In this document: positions 55,057 to 64,000 of the stretch, one piece after another
Position numbering within the stretch: the stretch's first letter is position 1
Layout of the letters: every line of letters begins with the position of its first letter
Assembly: GCA_012727435.1 (NCBI GenBank)
Contig: JAAYHB010000021.1
Coordinates: 247,918-311,917 of the forward strand
Origin: Clostridiales bacterium
GTDB taxonomy: Bacteria; Bacillota; Clostridia; Oscillospirales; CAG-272
Reading direction: 5' to 3'
DNA length: 64,000 nt
The notes under the pieces: generated by a model
What the model was told of the DNA's origin: nothing
The model's database searches: none
What the model saw: only the letters and a program-made list of their open reading frames with translations
Made by a program: the position numbers and the translations under genes

Positions 55057-56805
55057 ATGCCACAAGTAAAAAAATCACATTTTGTCTTCGCGTTGCTGGC
55101 CGCCTTTCTTTTATGCAGTTTTCTTGTGACGCCGGCAGCGGCCGGTGAGACGGCCGAAACAAGCGATGCGGCAGGGGTTACGCTCAGCCCAGGAGAGCTT
55201 AAGAACTTAGGCGACATCATCGCGGCAGCAAAGGCCGATGCCAAGGCGGAGGATACCAGAACGCCGCGCGACATGCTGACTGCCGCTTTCCTTGCAGGTG
55301 ACCTGCCGGAGGCAGTAGATGTTATAAAAAAGGTAAATACGGCACAGAGCACGCCGGTTGATATTGATTATGACGCGCTGACACTCGCGGATATCGAGGC
55401 GCTTGTCGAGATTATGAAAACCGAGGTCAGCATGGAAAAGCCGGGCGGCTTTTTTGCGGTTATCCAGCTTGCCGCCGGGAGCTTGCTCAACTGGCTTACC
55501 CAGGTGCTGGGCGGCGGCAACTATATCATCGGGCTGGCGGTCTTTGCACTGCTGATTGAGGCTTTAATGCTGCCGCTGACAGTAAAGCAGCAGAAAAACT
55601 CAATCAAGTTCGCCTCGCTCAAACCCAAGGAAGCGGCTATCCGTAAAAAATATGCCGGGCGCGAGGATAAGGTCACCAAAAACAAGATGGCAGTCGAAAT
55701 ACAGGAGATGTACCAGAAAGAAGGCTACAACCCTTTTTCCGGCTGCCTGCCTATGTTTATCCAATTGCCGATTATTTTTATACTTTACTATGTCGTTGTC
55801 AACCCCATAGTATATGTAATGAAGCTCTCGGCCGGGATTTCCGAAGCGCTGACCATCTTTGTCAATACTTCGGCCGAGGCCGGAGGGCTCGGTGCCGGGC
55901 TGACCACGTCGCGCGGAACCATTCAGATAGCCTCGCTGATAAAGGACAACCCCGAATTTATCGAAAAGCTCAGCAAATTTCAGTATTTTTCAAACAGCGC
56001 CGAGGTCGCCGAAGCGGTTGCCGGCGCGCAATTTCCGAATTTTAATTTCTTCGGCCTCAATTTCGGGCTGGTGCCCGACATAACAAACCCCGACTGGCTG
56101 CTTATCATCCCGGTCCTGACTTTTCTTGTCTCTTTTTTGAGTATGAAGCTGACCAGAAAGCTGACCCCGCAGCCCGCCGAAAACGACCAGGCCACCGGCT
56201 GTTCAAATAATATCATGGACATCGGGATGCCGGCCTTCAGCGCATATATCTGCTTTATTGTTCCCGCCGCGCTGGGATTTTACTGGATGGTAAAGAACCT
56301 GCTCGGCACGGCAAGCCGGTTGGTGCTGGCCAAGGTCATGCCCCTGCCGGTATTCACCGAGGAGGACTATAAGGCCGCCGAGCGCGAGATACTCAAGGGG
56401 AAGACTGCAAGGCCAAGCAGACCAGGTCCCACAGGGAAGCCGGTCAGGTCGCTGCACCACATCGACGATGAGGATTTTGAGGACACCCGCGCCAAAGCGC
56501 TCGAGCGCAAAGCACGGCTTGAAGCATATGAGAGGGAGCTGGCCGAACAGCAGGCGGCCAAGAAAAGGCCTGCGGGGATGAAAAACGAGGACGACCGCCC
56601 CATGCGCTCGCTTTTTGACATTCTGAAAGGAAAAAAGAAGACCAGCGAGTCGGCAGGAGAGGCAGAGAAACCCGAAACCCCGGCACAGGAAGAAACCGCA
56701 AAGCCCGATACAGAAGGACAGGAGAGCTGCGAAAGCAACCCGCCTGCCGACAATACACCGAAAAATCCCGATAAGCCCGAAAAGAAAAAGCAGAAGGGGA
56801 AATAA
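55057..56805 (+). CDS. yidC: membrane insertase YidC/Oxa1 family, unusually long
   Basis: Start trimmed to MPQVKKSHFVFALLAAFLLCSF (signal). The YidC core is at about aa 170-400 (LPLTVKQQKNSIKFASLKPK..., GCLPMFIQLPIIF). About 170 aa of Lys/Glu-rich C-terminal tail. Confidence 0.85.
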   Translation: MPQVKKSHFVFALLAAFLLCSFLVTPAAAGETAETSDAAGVTLSPGELKNLGDIIAAAKADAKAEDTRTPRDMLTAAFLAGDLPEAVDVIKKVNTAQSTPVDIDYDALTLADIEALVEIMKTEVSMEKPGGFFAVIQLAAGSLLNWLTQVLGGGNYIIGLAVFALLIEALMLPLTVKQQKNSIKFASLKPKEAAIRKKYAGREDKVTKNKMAVEIQEMYQKEGYNPFSGCLPMFIQLPIIFILYYVVVNPIVYVMKLSAGISEALTIFVNTSAEAGGLGAGLTTSRGTIQIASLIKDNPEFIEKLSKFQYFSNSAEVAEAVAGAQFPNFNFFGLNFGLVPDITNPDWLLIIPVLTFLVSFLSMKLTRKLTPQPAENDQATGCSNNIMDIGMPAFSAYICFIVPAALGFYWMVKNLLGTASRLVLAKVMPLPVFTEEDYKAAEREILKGKTARPSRPGPTGKPVRSLHHIDDEDFEDTRAKALERKARLEAYERELAEQQAAKKRPAGMKNEDDRPMRSLFDILKGKKKTSESAGEAEKPETPAQEETAKPDTEGQESCESNPPADNTPKNPDKPEKKKQKGK

Positions 56806-56868
56806 TGCCGTCGGGATACCGATACAACATTTTAGTTTGCCGCCTCTGGCGGCCTGGAGGATATTTCT

Positions 56869-57561
56869 GTGAAAAGGGAAGTTATCACAACCGGAAAAAC
56901 TGTTGAGGAAGCCGTAGAGGCCGCTGTCAAGGAGCTCGGAGCCCCTTCGGCCGATAAAATAAGTTATACGATTCTTGAGGAGCCCCGGCGCGGGTTGTTC
57001 GGAATAGGTGCCACCCCGGCCAAAATCAATGCGACCTATTCGGCCGGCGGTGCCGAGATTGCCCTTGAATTCGTCGAGAAAGTCATTGCCGACATGAGGA
57101 TTGACGCCAAATCCCGACTTGAGGACAAGGGAGAAGGCAACTGGTGGATAAATATCGAGGGCAGCGGAGCAGGGGTGCTGATAGGCCACCACGGAGAGAC
57201 GCTTGACGCCCTTCAGTACCTTGCAAACCTTACCGCAAACAGGAAAGGTGACCGCGAGAAGCACGAGCATGTAAGGATTATACTTGACGTCGAAGGTTAC
57301 CGCGCCAAGCGCGAGGAAGCGCTCCGCGCGCTTGCCCGCCGCATGGCCGAGAGGGTCCAGAAGTACAAGAAAAGCGTGATGCTCGAGCCTATGAACCCCT
57401 ATGAGCGGAGGATTATCCACTCCGAGGTACAGCTTATTGAGGGAGTATCGACAAACTCGATTGGCTCTGAAAACAACCGCAAGGTAGTTTTGTATCTTGA
57501 CGAGAAGGGAATTAAGAAGACTGCGGCAAAAAAACAGGACAACCCGGGCGACGATAAATAG
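56869..57561 (+). CDS. jag: Jag/KhpB RNA-binding protein (KH + R3H)
   Basis: GTG start with a GGAGGA RBS. Jag_N VKREVITTGKTVEEAVEAAVKELG, and R3H LEPMNPYERRIIH. Confidence 0.9.
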   Translation: MKREVITTGKTVEEAVEAAVKELGAPSADKISYTILEEPRRGLFGIGATPAKINATYSAGGAEIALEFVEKVIADMRIDAKSRLEDKGEGNWWINIEGSGAGVLIGHHGETLDALQYLANLTANRKGDREKHEHVRIILDVEGYRAKREEALRALARRMAERVQKYKKSVMLEPMNPYERRIIHSEVQLIEGVSTNSIGSENNRKVVLYLDEKGIKKTAAKKQDNPGDDK

Positions 57562-57594
57562 TCCCGCGGAAATAATCTTCGGGAGGGGCCGGCC

Positions 57595-58626
57595 GTGACA
57601 ATAATTAAGGGTGCCGATTTCGAGCGGCAGATAAAGAAAAAACATGCGGCGGGATACCTCTTTTTCGGCGAGGAGGATTATCTCAAGGCCCATTCCGCAA
57701 GGATATTGCGCCAGCTGATTTGCGGCGAGGGTGAGATGGCCGGGTTCAATCACATCCGCCTGTGTGCCGACGAATATTCGCCCGAAAAACTGAAAAAGCT
57801 CCTCTTGCCGCTGCCCATGTTCGGCGAGCGGAAGCTGATTGAGCTGGCGGGGCTTGATTTTTGCTCGATGAAATCCGAGGAGCTTGGGGCGCTTTGCAAT
57901 GTGCTCGCAGCGCTTCGCGAATATGACTACAACACTATTCTGATATATGTCGCCGCCGGAGGAATTGAAGAGGGAAAGCTGCCCTCCCGCCCCTCTCCAA
58001 CCCTGGTAAAGCTCGGCAAATATCTTGACCTGGTAAAGTTTGAAAAATGCCCGCCGGCAAAGCTCGTCAGTTGGGCCGGCAGGCATTTTTTGCATAACGG
58101 GGTAGGAGCATCGCCTGAAATCTGCCGAAAAATCATAAACTACTGCGGCAGGAACATGTACATCCTTGCCGGCGAGATAGACAAGGTAAGCTTCTACGCC
58201 CTCTCAAAAGGTCGGAATGAGGTGCAGGAGAGCGACATACATGAGGTCGCGGTCCCCGACAGCGATTATGATGCCTTTGCCTTTGCAAACGCGCTCATGG
58301 CCGGTGACAGGCCACGGGCGCTTTCGGTTCTTATGCTCATGAAGCAGCAGAGGATTGAGCCGGTTAAAATCATGGCCGAGGTTTCCAGCGTTTTCTGCGA
58401 CCTCTTGATCGTGCGCGCGCTGTCAGACGAAGGGCTCGGGGCGGTTGATATTGCCAGAGAACTGAATATCCATGAATACCGCGCAAAACTATACTGCACT
58501 GCGGTGGCGGGCACCACGACAGATAAAATATCCCGCATGCTCGGTCTCTGCGCCGAGGCCGACGCAGCGCTCAAGCTGTCGCCTACGGGATATGCCCCGA
58601 TAGAATTATTGGTTTGCTCGCTATAG
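57595..58626 (+). CDS. holA: DNA polymerase III delta subunit
   Basis: GTG start with GGGAGGGG upstream. 343 aa with YLFFGEEDYLK, the typical HolA N-terminus. Confidence 0.8.
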   Translation: MTIIKGADFERQIKKKHAAGYLFFGEEDYLKAHSARILRQLICGEGEMAGFNHIRLCADEYSPEKLKKLLLPLPMFGERKLIELAGLDFCSMKSEELGALCNVLAALREYDYNTILIYVAAGGIEEGKLPSRPSPTLVKLGKYLDLVKFEKCPPAKLVSWAGRHFLHNGVGASPEICRKIINYCGRNMYILAGEIDKVSFYALSKGRNEVQESDIHEVAVPDSDYDAFAFANALMAGDRPRALSVLMLMKQQRIEPVKIMAEVSSVFCDLLIVRALSDEGLGAVDIARELNIHEYRAKLYCTAVAGTTTDKISRMLGLCAEADAALKLSPTGYAPIELLVCSL

Positions 58627-58700
58627 CTCGCGGTGGTAATAAAACTTTTCAATGGCACGGAAAACGGGTATTCGCGCCACTTTATTTGCGATATAGGTAT

Positions 58701-58773
58701 AGAAGTTTTGGGGATTCTTAAGACTTTTTTACAAAGGGTCTTCAGCGGGGGTCCTGGGGCCGCGGCTCCCGCG
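58701..58773 (+). repeat. structured intergenic repeat, copy G
   Basis: AGAAGTTTTGGGGATTCTTAAGACTTTTTTACAAAGGGTCTTCAGCGGGGGTCCTGGGGCCGCGGCTCCCGCG. Confidence 0.75.
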
Positions 58774-58783
58774 ATTTATTTTC

Positions 58784-58812
58784 TTGACACATCAGGAAAT
58801 CACGGGTATAAT
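58784..58812 (+). promoter_or_regulatory. consensus sigma-A promoter for the ymdB-like gene
   Basis: TTGACA (58784-89), a 17-nt spacer, then TATAAT (58807-12). Confidence 0.6.
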
Positions 58813-58844
58813 AGTGTTAAAACAACTTAAAGATTGGATAAAAC

Positions 58845-59615
58845 ATGAAAATTTTGGCGCTCGGTGACATCACCGGGACAGTCACGATAAGGCACCTGCG
58901 TGAAAATCTCTGGCGGCATAGAAGGGCGCTCGGTGTGGATTTTGTTGTCGCAAACGGCGAGAACGCAAGCGAAATCCACGGCATCACAGCCGGGGATGCT
59001 CAGGCGCTGCTCGACTGCGGCGTCGACCTTATTACCACAGGAAACCATGTTTTCAGGAAAAGGGATATAGGGGAGCTGCTTGATATCTCTTGCAGCATAA
59101 TCCGGCCGGCAAACTATCCGGCCGCCTGTCCCGGCACCGGCAGCGTAATCAGGCAGGTCGGCGGCTGGCGGCTTTTGTGCATGAATGTCATGGGGGTGGT
59201 TTATCTGGAGCCTCTCGCCTGCCCGTTTGAGACAGTCGAGAAGATTCTTGAGCGGGAGCGGGGCAACTATGACATTTCGCTGCTCGACATACATGCAGAG
59301 GCTACCTCGGAGAAGCTGGCGCTGGCCCGGTATTTCGACGGCCGTATAAATATTATTTTCGGCACGCACACACACGTCCAGACCGCCGACGAGCAGATAC
59401 TCCCGGGGGGCACCGGATATATAACCGACCTCGGCATGTCGGGTCCTGTAGGCGGTATACTCGGCACCGCGACAGAGCCGGTGGTAGCCCGCTTTACCAC
59501 CAAGATGCCGCAGAGATTTTCGGTCGCCGGCGGGAATATTGAAATCCGGGGAGCGCTTTTTGAGCTTGACCCGGACACGGGTAGGGTTATCTCGGTCAGC
59601 AGGGTGTGGTTTTAA
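58845..59615 (+). CDS. ymdB: YmdB-like metallophosphoesterase (TIGR00282-type)
   Basis: MKILALGDITG, ANGENAS, GNHVF and GTHTHVQTADE motifs. Confidence 0.8.
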   Translation: MKILALGDITGTVTIRHLRENLWRHRRALGVDFVVANGENASEIHGITAGDAQALLDCGVDLITTGNHVFRKRDIGELLDISCSIIRPANYPAACPGTGSVIRQVGGWRLLCMNVMGVVYLEPLACPFETVEKILERERGNYDISLLDIHAEATSEKLALARYFDGRINIIFGTHTHVQTADEQILPGGTGYITDLGMSGPVGGILGTATEPVVARFTTKMPQRFSVAGGNIEIRGALFELDPDTGRVISVSRVWF

Positions 59616-59717
59616 GACAAGTTCGCCGGTTTGTTGGAAAAACAACCGATCCGCCCGCCATATTCAGGTATACTATAACTGCATTATGCTACACAATACA
59701 GAAGGAGCGGCAGGAAA

Positions 59718-60041
59718 ATGGTTGAAAAGGTCTACAGGCTGGCACGCGGCGACTCGAAGACTATCGAGAAGGTATTGCTCGATGAGAACATTCACTATAT
59801 TCACATGATTCTGAACAAAACCGAGGGTCCGCCGGTTCATTATTCAAACTCAAACGTTTATATGACGGTTGTCCGGGGAATTCTTTCAATCGGGCTCGAC
59901 GATGCCGCGCCGGGCGAGTACCCGGCGGGAACTCTCCTCAAAATACCGCAGGGAACAAAGATGGATATAAAAAATCAACACGATATGACGCTGGAGCTGA
60001 TTATCGTCAAAGCACCCGCACCGGGAAAACCTAAAGTTTAA
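59718..60041 (+). CDS. small cupin-domain protein
   Basis: 107 aa with a GGAGCGG RBS. Two-motif cupin pattern (HYIHMIL...GPPVHYSNSNVYMTVV...G). Confidence 0.6.
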   Translation: MVEKVYRLARGDSKTIEKVLLDENIHYIHMILNKTEGPPVHYSNSNVYMTVVRGILSIGLDDAAPGEYPAGTLLKIPQGTKMDIKNQHDMTLELIIVKAPAPGKPKV

Positions 60042-60059
60042 TAAACTGGAGGGCCACTT

Positions 60060-61694
60060 ATGAGCATGTTTTGCTATCAGTGTCAGGAAACCGCCGGCGG
60101 CAAGGGCTGCACGGTGCGCGGCGTATGCGGGAAAACCGAGGAGGTCGCAAAGCTTCAGGATCTTTTGATTTACACCGTCAAGGGTATATCAGATATTGTC
60201 GTCAAAGGCGGGCTTGACGCCGGCAGCCTCGGGGAGCTCAACCGCGAGGTGCTGACCAGCCTGTTTATGACGATTACAAACGCCAATTTCGACCCCGATG
60301 CCATAGAGCGCCAGATAAGGAAAATGCTTGAGGCAAGGGATAAGCTGAGATGGTCGGCAGGAGACCTTTCGGGTCTTCATGACGCCGCCACATATACGGC
60401 GGGCACGCGCGACGAGATGCTTGAAACTGCATCCTCGGTTGGGGTGTTCGCCACCGAGAACGAGGATATCCGCTCGCTGTGCCAGATGATTACATATGGC
60501 ATCAAGGGCATGGCGGCATATGCCGAGCACGCCGCAAATATCGGCAGGGAGGACGCCGATATCTACGCCTTTATTTATGAAGCGCTGGCAAAGACGCTCG
60601 ATGACACATGCGCTGTTGACGACCTCGTAACCCTGACACTCAGGACCGGCGAGTACGGGGTCAGGACAATGGCCCTGCTTGATGCGGCCAACACCTCAAG
60701 GTTCGGCGACCCCGAGATTACCGAGGTCAACATCGGCGTTCGCAAAAATCCCGCCATTCTTATCTCGGGACATGATCTGACCGACCTTGAGCAGCTGCTG
60801 GAGCAGACTCAGGGAACCGGCGTAGACGTCTATACGCACGGCGAGATGCTGCCCGCGCATTACTACCCGGCGTTTAAAAAATATGAGAATTTTGTCGGGA
60901 ACTACGGCAATGCGTGGTGGCGGCAGCTTGAGGAGTTTGTGTCCTTCCGCGGCCCGATAATATTTACCACAAACTGCATTGTGCCGCCAAGGAGCGAGGA
61001 GGTCAGGGGCAGAATCTTCACCACCGGCTCCGCGGGGTATCCGGGCTGCAAACACATAGCCGCCGACAAGAACGGCAAAAAGGACTTTTCGGAGGTCATC
61101 GCGCTGGCAAAGACCCTGCCCGCCCCCGAGGCTATCGAGAGCGGCAGCATCACCGGCGGGTTTGCCCACCGGCAGGTTGTGGCGCTGGCCGATAAGGTGG
61201 TTAAGGCCGTTAAATCAGGCGCAATCAAGAAGTTCATTGTCATGGCGGGCTGCGACGGGCGGATGAAGTCGAGGGAGTATTATACCGAATTTGCAAAAAA
61301 ACTGCCGCAGAACACAGTGATTCTCACAGCGGGTTGCGCAAAATACCGCTACAACAAGCTCCCGCTGGGGGATATCGGAGGAATTCCGCGGGTGCTCGAT
61401 GCCGGCCAGTGCAACGATTCGTATTCGCTTGTGGTTATCGCGCAGAAATTAAAGGAGGCTTTCGGTCTGGACGACATAAACAAGCTGCCGATAGCCTACA
61501 ACATCGCTTGGTATGAGCAGAAGGCGGTTATTGTTCTGCTTGCGCTGCTCTACCTGGGAGTGAAGAACATCCATTTAGGGCCGACGCATCCGGGCTTTCT
61601 GTCACCCGCGGTCAGCAGGTTGCTGGTTGAGAAATTCGGCCTTGCTAAAATCGGCACGGCAGACGCCGATATCGAGCTTTTCATGGCCGACTGA
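60060..61694 (+). CDS. hcp: hydroxylamine reductase / hybrid-cluster protein
   Basis: N-terminal Cys cluster [23 protein letters not shown], 544 aa. Confidence 0.95.
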   Translation: MSMFCYQCQETAGGKGCTVRGVCGKTEEVAKLQDLLIYTVKGISDIVVKGGLDAGSLGELNREVLTSLFMTITNANFDPDAIERQIRKMLEARDKLRWSAGDLSGLHDAATYTAGTRDEMLETASSVGVFATENEDIRSLCQMITYGIKGMAAYAEHAANIGREDADIYAFIYEALAKTLDDTCAVDDLVTLTLRTGEYGVRTMALLDAANTSRFGDPEITEVNIGVRKNPAILISGHDLTDLEQLLEQTQGTGVDVYTHGEMLPAHYYPAFKKYENFVGNYGNAWWRQLEEFVSFRGPIIFTTNCIVPPRSEEVRGRIFTTGSAGYPGCKHIAADKNGKKDFSEVIALAKTLPAPEAIESGSITGGFAHRQVVALADKVVKAVKSGAIKKFIVMAGCDGRMKSREYYTEFAKKLPQNTVILTAGCAKYRYNKLPLGDIGGIPRVLDAGQCNDSYSLVVIAQKLKEAFGLDDINKLPIAYNIAWYEQKAVIVLLALLYLGVKNIHLGPTHPGFLSPAVSRLLVEKFGLAKIGTADADIELFMAD

Positions 61695-61703
61695 TACATA
61701 AAG

Positions 61704-61738
61704 CAGAATCCCGCCGTTGACATAACGGCGGGATTCTG
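61704..61738. terminator. bidirectional terminator between hcp and the AraC gene
   Basis: 15-bp stem CAGAATCCCGCCGTT-gacat-AACGGCGGGATTCTG followed by TTTCAAT. Confidence 0.75.
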
Positions 61739-61858
61739 TTTCAATACCCCCATGCACCGGGCATACCCTTTTCCAAAGTCAACCGTAAGATGATGGTAGC
61801 AGTGCGCAGGATATGATACCCGTGCTGCTTTATTAGTGTTGCGGAGCCCCACAAATCT

Positions 61859-62743
61859 TTACTCTCTGTTTTCGATTATATCCTGTCCGGTCGCGCGGTA
61901 TTTGGCCGGGGTGACTCCGGTGGCCTTGGTGAACACGCGGATGAAATACGAGGTGCTGTTAAACCCGCAGGCAAAGGCGGTCTCGGTCACGCCCCTGCCT
62001 TCTTTGAGCATCATTTTGCTCCTGCTTATCCGCACGCTGCGGATATAGTCATGCACTGTAAAGCCGGTATACCGTCGGAAGACCCGGGTCAGGTAGTCCT
62101 TGTTGATGTAAAAATGGCTGGCAATCTCATCAAGACCTGAGAGCGTCCGGTAATTCTTGCGGACATATCTGATAACATCATATATTATATTAGGCATATC
62201 TGGCGGGCCGAACAGCTCGGAATTGTTGTCCGGGTGTCCGGCCTCGTTGTTGATAAATATCAAAAGTTCGGCAAGCCGACCGAGCACGGTAAGCGGCGGC
62301 AGCTCTGAGCCGGGGTCGGTGCATTGCTTGATATCCTCAAGCAGCTCCTTCAGTTTATCCCTGCTCTCCGGCGGGATTCTGAGCAGGTTTATCTCCGCAA
62401 ACCGCTCGTCCATAAATATGCCGAGCGTCGACTTGTTTCCCCCTTCAATCCACGAAAAAGCGTCCTGGGGAATCCAGACTGCGTATCTCTCATATACCGA
62501 GTCTTCGGCAGCCAGCGCATAGTGCGGCTCCCCGGCGCGGCAGAAAAAGATGTCCCCGAAGCCGAGCTTATATGTCTTCCGGCCGGCAAAGTGCAGCATG
62601 CGTCCCGACAGGATAATGCAGATCTCCATGAAGGCATGCTCGTGCATGTGGTCGTAATAGGTCTCGGGCGACACCTTTTCCTTTGCATACCTGATTTTTA
62701 TAGGATAGTTGCCGGTGAGATTTAGCACCACATGCTGCCTCAT
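61859..62743 (-). CDS. AraC-family transcriptional regulator (cupin + HTH)
   Basis: The ORF track extends to 62947, but the first 68 codons are translated from repeat copy H. The ATG at 62743 (MRQHVVLNLTGNY) has GCAGGAGGGG 7 nt upstream. C-terminal HTH GFNSTSYFIRVFTKATGVTPAKYR. Confidence 0.8.
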   Translation of the reverse strand: MRQHVVLNLTGNYPIKIRYAKEKVSPETYYDHMHEHAFMEICIILSGRMLHFAGRKTYKLGFGDIFFCRAGEPHYALAAEDSVYERYAVWIPQDAFSWIEGGNKSTLGIFMDERFAEINLLRIPPESRDKLKELLEDIKQCTDPGSELPPLTVLGRLAELLIFINNEAGHPDNNSELFGPPDMPNIIYDVIRYVRKNYRTLSGLDEIASHFYINKDYLTRVFRRYTGFTVHDYIRSVRISRSKMMLKEGRGVTETAFACGFNSTSYFIRVFTKATGVTPAKYRATGQDIIENRE

Positions 62744-62852
62744 ATCCCGCCCCTCCTGCGCAATGTTCTCTGATTTATCATACCACTCCCGCGCTGCCCT
62801 GTCAATTGTCCGGCTGACTTTTCGGGATCCACCACCCGACCCCAAAGAAGGC

Positions 62853-62922
62853 GGCGGGGCTCTGCCCCGCACCCTGCTCAAGCCCCTTTTGGAAAAGGGT
62901 TTTAAAAATCTCCAAAACTTTC
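62853..62922 (-). repeat. structured intergenic repeat, copy H
   Basis: The reverse complement reads GAGAAAGTTTTGGAGATTTTTAAAACCCTTTTCCAAAAGGGGCTTGAGCAGGGTGCGGGGCAGAGCCCCGCC. Confidence 0.75.
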
Positions 62923-63057
62923 TCATCCGAAAGCCAGGGTAGCCCAATTCTTGTGCGGAAAGTCGTAAAAGTTAAATTTTTGGTAGTAAATTTTATATAT
63001 TGCGGGGCATGAAGCATTGTATAAGAAAAATAAAATCAAACTTGTTTGGAGAATGGC

Positions 63058-64000
63058 ATGTCAAAGGTAATGTATTCAAAAACCCTCAATTCCCTTGGCG
63101 AATATGATGTTGCGGTGCTCGGCGGCGGTCCGGCGGGCGTGTGCGCGGCAATTGAAGCGGCCCGATGCGGGCGGCGGGTGCTGCTTGTAGAGGCGACAGG
63201 CATGCTCGGCGGAATGGCAACCGCCGGACTGGTAGGCCCCTTTATGACCTGCTATGACCGCGACGGGGACGAGCAGGTAATAAAGGGGCTTTTTGATGAA
63301 ATTGTCGACCGGGTGGTGGAGATGTCGGGCGCGGTCAGCCCCGATAAAACCGACTCTCCCAGCCGCTGGACCTCATATATAAAAAAATATCACCGGCGTG
63401 TGACCCCGTTTGATTCCTTCATCCTTCAGCTTGTGCTTGACAGGATGGTAAAAGAGGCCGGCGTACATACGTTTTTGTATACAAGGTATGTCGACAGCAT
63501 TTGTACTGACGGCAAGATCGACAGCATTGTATTGGCGGCCCCGCAGGGGCTTGTCGCGGCGCGCGCCGGAGTTTATATCGACTGCACGGGGAATGCCGAC
63601 GTGGCGGCGGCCTCGGGGGTGCCGACCTGGAAGGGGAGCGAGAAAGGCTATCCCCCGCAGCCCGCCACATTGTTCTTTGAGGTCGACAATGTCAACGACC
63701 GGAACTACATCGCAAGGCCTCCGCGGCCGGTCAAGGCCTACCAAAAGCCGCTTGCCGGCAGCTATAAAGTCAACCATGACCGCGTGTACGGGGTCGATGC
63801 CACAGACGCCCTGAGCATGACCGAGGCGCACATGAAGGGACGCGAGCAGGTGCTTGAATCATATGAGAAGCTGCTCGCGACCCCCGGCTTTGGTAACTGC
63901 CGGATAACCCAGATTGCCCCGGTCATAGGAGTCCGCGAGAGCAGGCATATTCAGGGGCTGTATATGCTGACTGTCAAAGATCTTGGCGAAGGCCGGATAT
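63058..64000 (+). CDS. FAD-dependent oxidoreductase (5' part; continues beyond the window)
   Basis: The frame is open from ATG 63058 to the window edge, so it is not in the ORF track. MSKVMYSKTLNSLGEYDVAVLGGGPAGVCAAIEAARCGRRVLLVE contains a GxGxxG FAD fold. Confidence 0.75.
   Translation, partial: MSKVMYSKTLNSLGEYDVAVLGGGPAGVCAAIEAARCGRRVLLVEATGMLGGMATAGLVGPFMTCYDRDGDEQVIKGLFDEIVDRVVEMSGAVSPDKTDSPSRWTSYIKKYHRRVTPFDSFILQLVLDRMVKEAGVHTFLYTRYVDSICTDGKIDSIVLAAPQGLVAARAGVYIDCTGNADVAAASGVPTWKGSEKGYPPQPATLFFEVDNVNDRNYIARPPRPVKAYQKPLAGSYKVNHDRVYGVDATDALSMTEAHMKGREQVLESYEKLLATPGFGNCRITQIAPVIGVRESRHIQGLYMLTVKDLGEGRI

Noticed and set aside
56203-58095. A 630-aa minus-strand ORF. Similar long antisense ORFs occur at 47107-48129, 15142-15990, 1044-1865, 32106-32894 and 28761-29489.
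   Set aside because: Each lies exactly antisense to a well-supported gene (yidC/jag/holA, the SbcC-like gene, the 775-aa lipoprotein, the glutaminase-like gene, pflA, cls). Their translations are low-complexity Arg/Gly/Pro/Ala-rich with no motifs or RBS. This is the typical stop-codon-poor shadow frame of high-GC coding DNA.
62744-62947. A 68-codon N-terminal extension of the AraC ORF (MGYPGFRMRKFWRFLKPFSKRGLSRVRGRAPPP...).
   Set aside because: These codons are simply the translation of repeat copy H. A strong RBS precedes the internal ATG at 62743, and the protein family begins there.
1-64000. Search for mobile elements, prophage, toxin-antitoxin pairs, or known defence systems such as restriction-modification, CBASS, retrons or Cas.
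   Set aside because: No integrase, transposase, recombinase, reverse transcriptase, phage structural gene, methyltransferase-nuclease pair or small adjacent TA-like pair was recognisable in any frame. The only nuclease/ATPase pair is the YhaNO/SbcCD-like one, which is reported separately.

Overview
This is a 64-kb chromosomal window from what looks like a high-GC member of the Clostridia. That assignment is inferred from gene content and protein sequences; no search was run. The window is mostly origin-proximal housekeeping genes, but their order is rearranged.

Gene content in order:
- 4.4-12.9 kb, minus strand: serS, parB, parA, a ParB/Noc-like paralogue, rsmG, mnmG and ahcY. A triple parS array sits at 7.6-7.7 kb, and the parA-noc-rsmG block is clearly lower in GC than its surroundings.
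- alr, then rpmG-secE-nusG-rplK-rplA at 18.9-21.4 kb.
- An ACT/UPF0210 pair, a 1359-aa beta-helix/MBG surface protein, cls, and an ABC exporter broken by two compensating frameshifts.
- pflB-pflA behind a ZTP (pfl-motif) riboswitch with its own terminator.
- hppA, a lamin-tail-domain surface protein, and an FtsX-type ABC transporter coupled to a kinase-less 7xPASTA membrane protein.
- A split lipoprotein gene, an ECF S component, a cyclase, a membrane-anchored SbcC/SbcD-like pair, and a DUF3794/LysM protein.
- mnmE, divergent from rpmH-rnpA-yidD-yidC-jag; then holA, a ymdB-like gene, cupin-hcp, an AraC regulator and a partial FAD oxidoreductase.

I saw no rRNA, tRNA, CRISPR array, transposase, integrase, or recognisable phage or defence genes.

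The most unusual non-genic signal is a family of at least eight structured intergenic repeats of 70-110 bp. Each has an A/T-cored hairpin plus GGGGCAGAGCCCC-type GC palindromes, and the hairpin stems covary between copies. These repeats also generate spurious ORFs and false N-terminal extensions.

I did not find a clear novel multi-gene system. The best candidates for follow-up are the repeat family, the FtsX/ATPase/PASTA operon and the membrane-anchored Rad50-like pair.

Several apparent frameshifts (the ABC exporter twice, the split lipoprotein) and an rpmH with no canonical start codon could be real or could be assembly indels.
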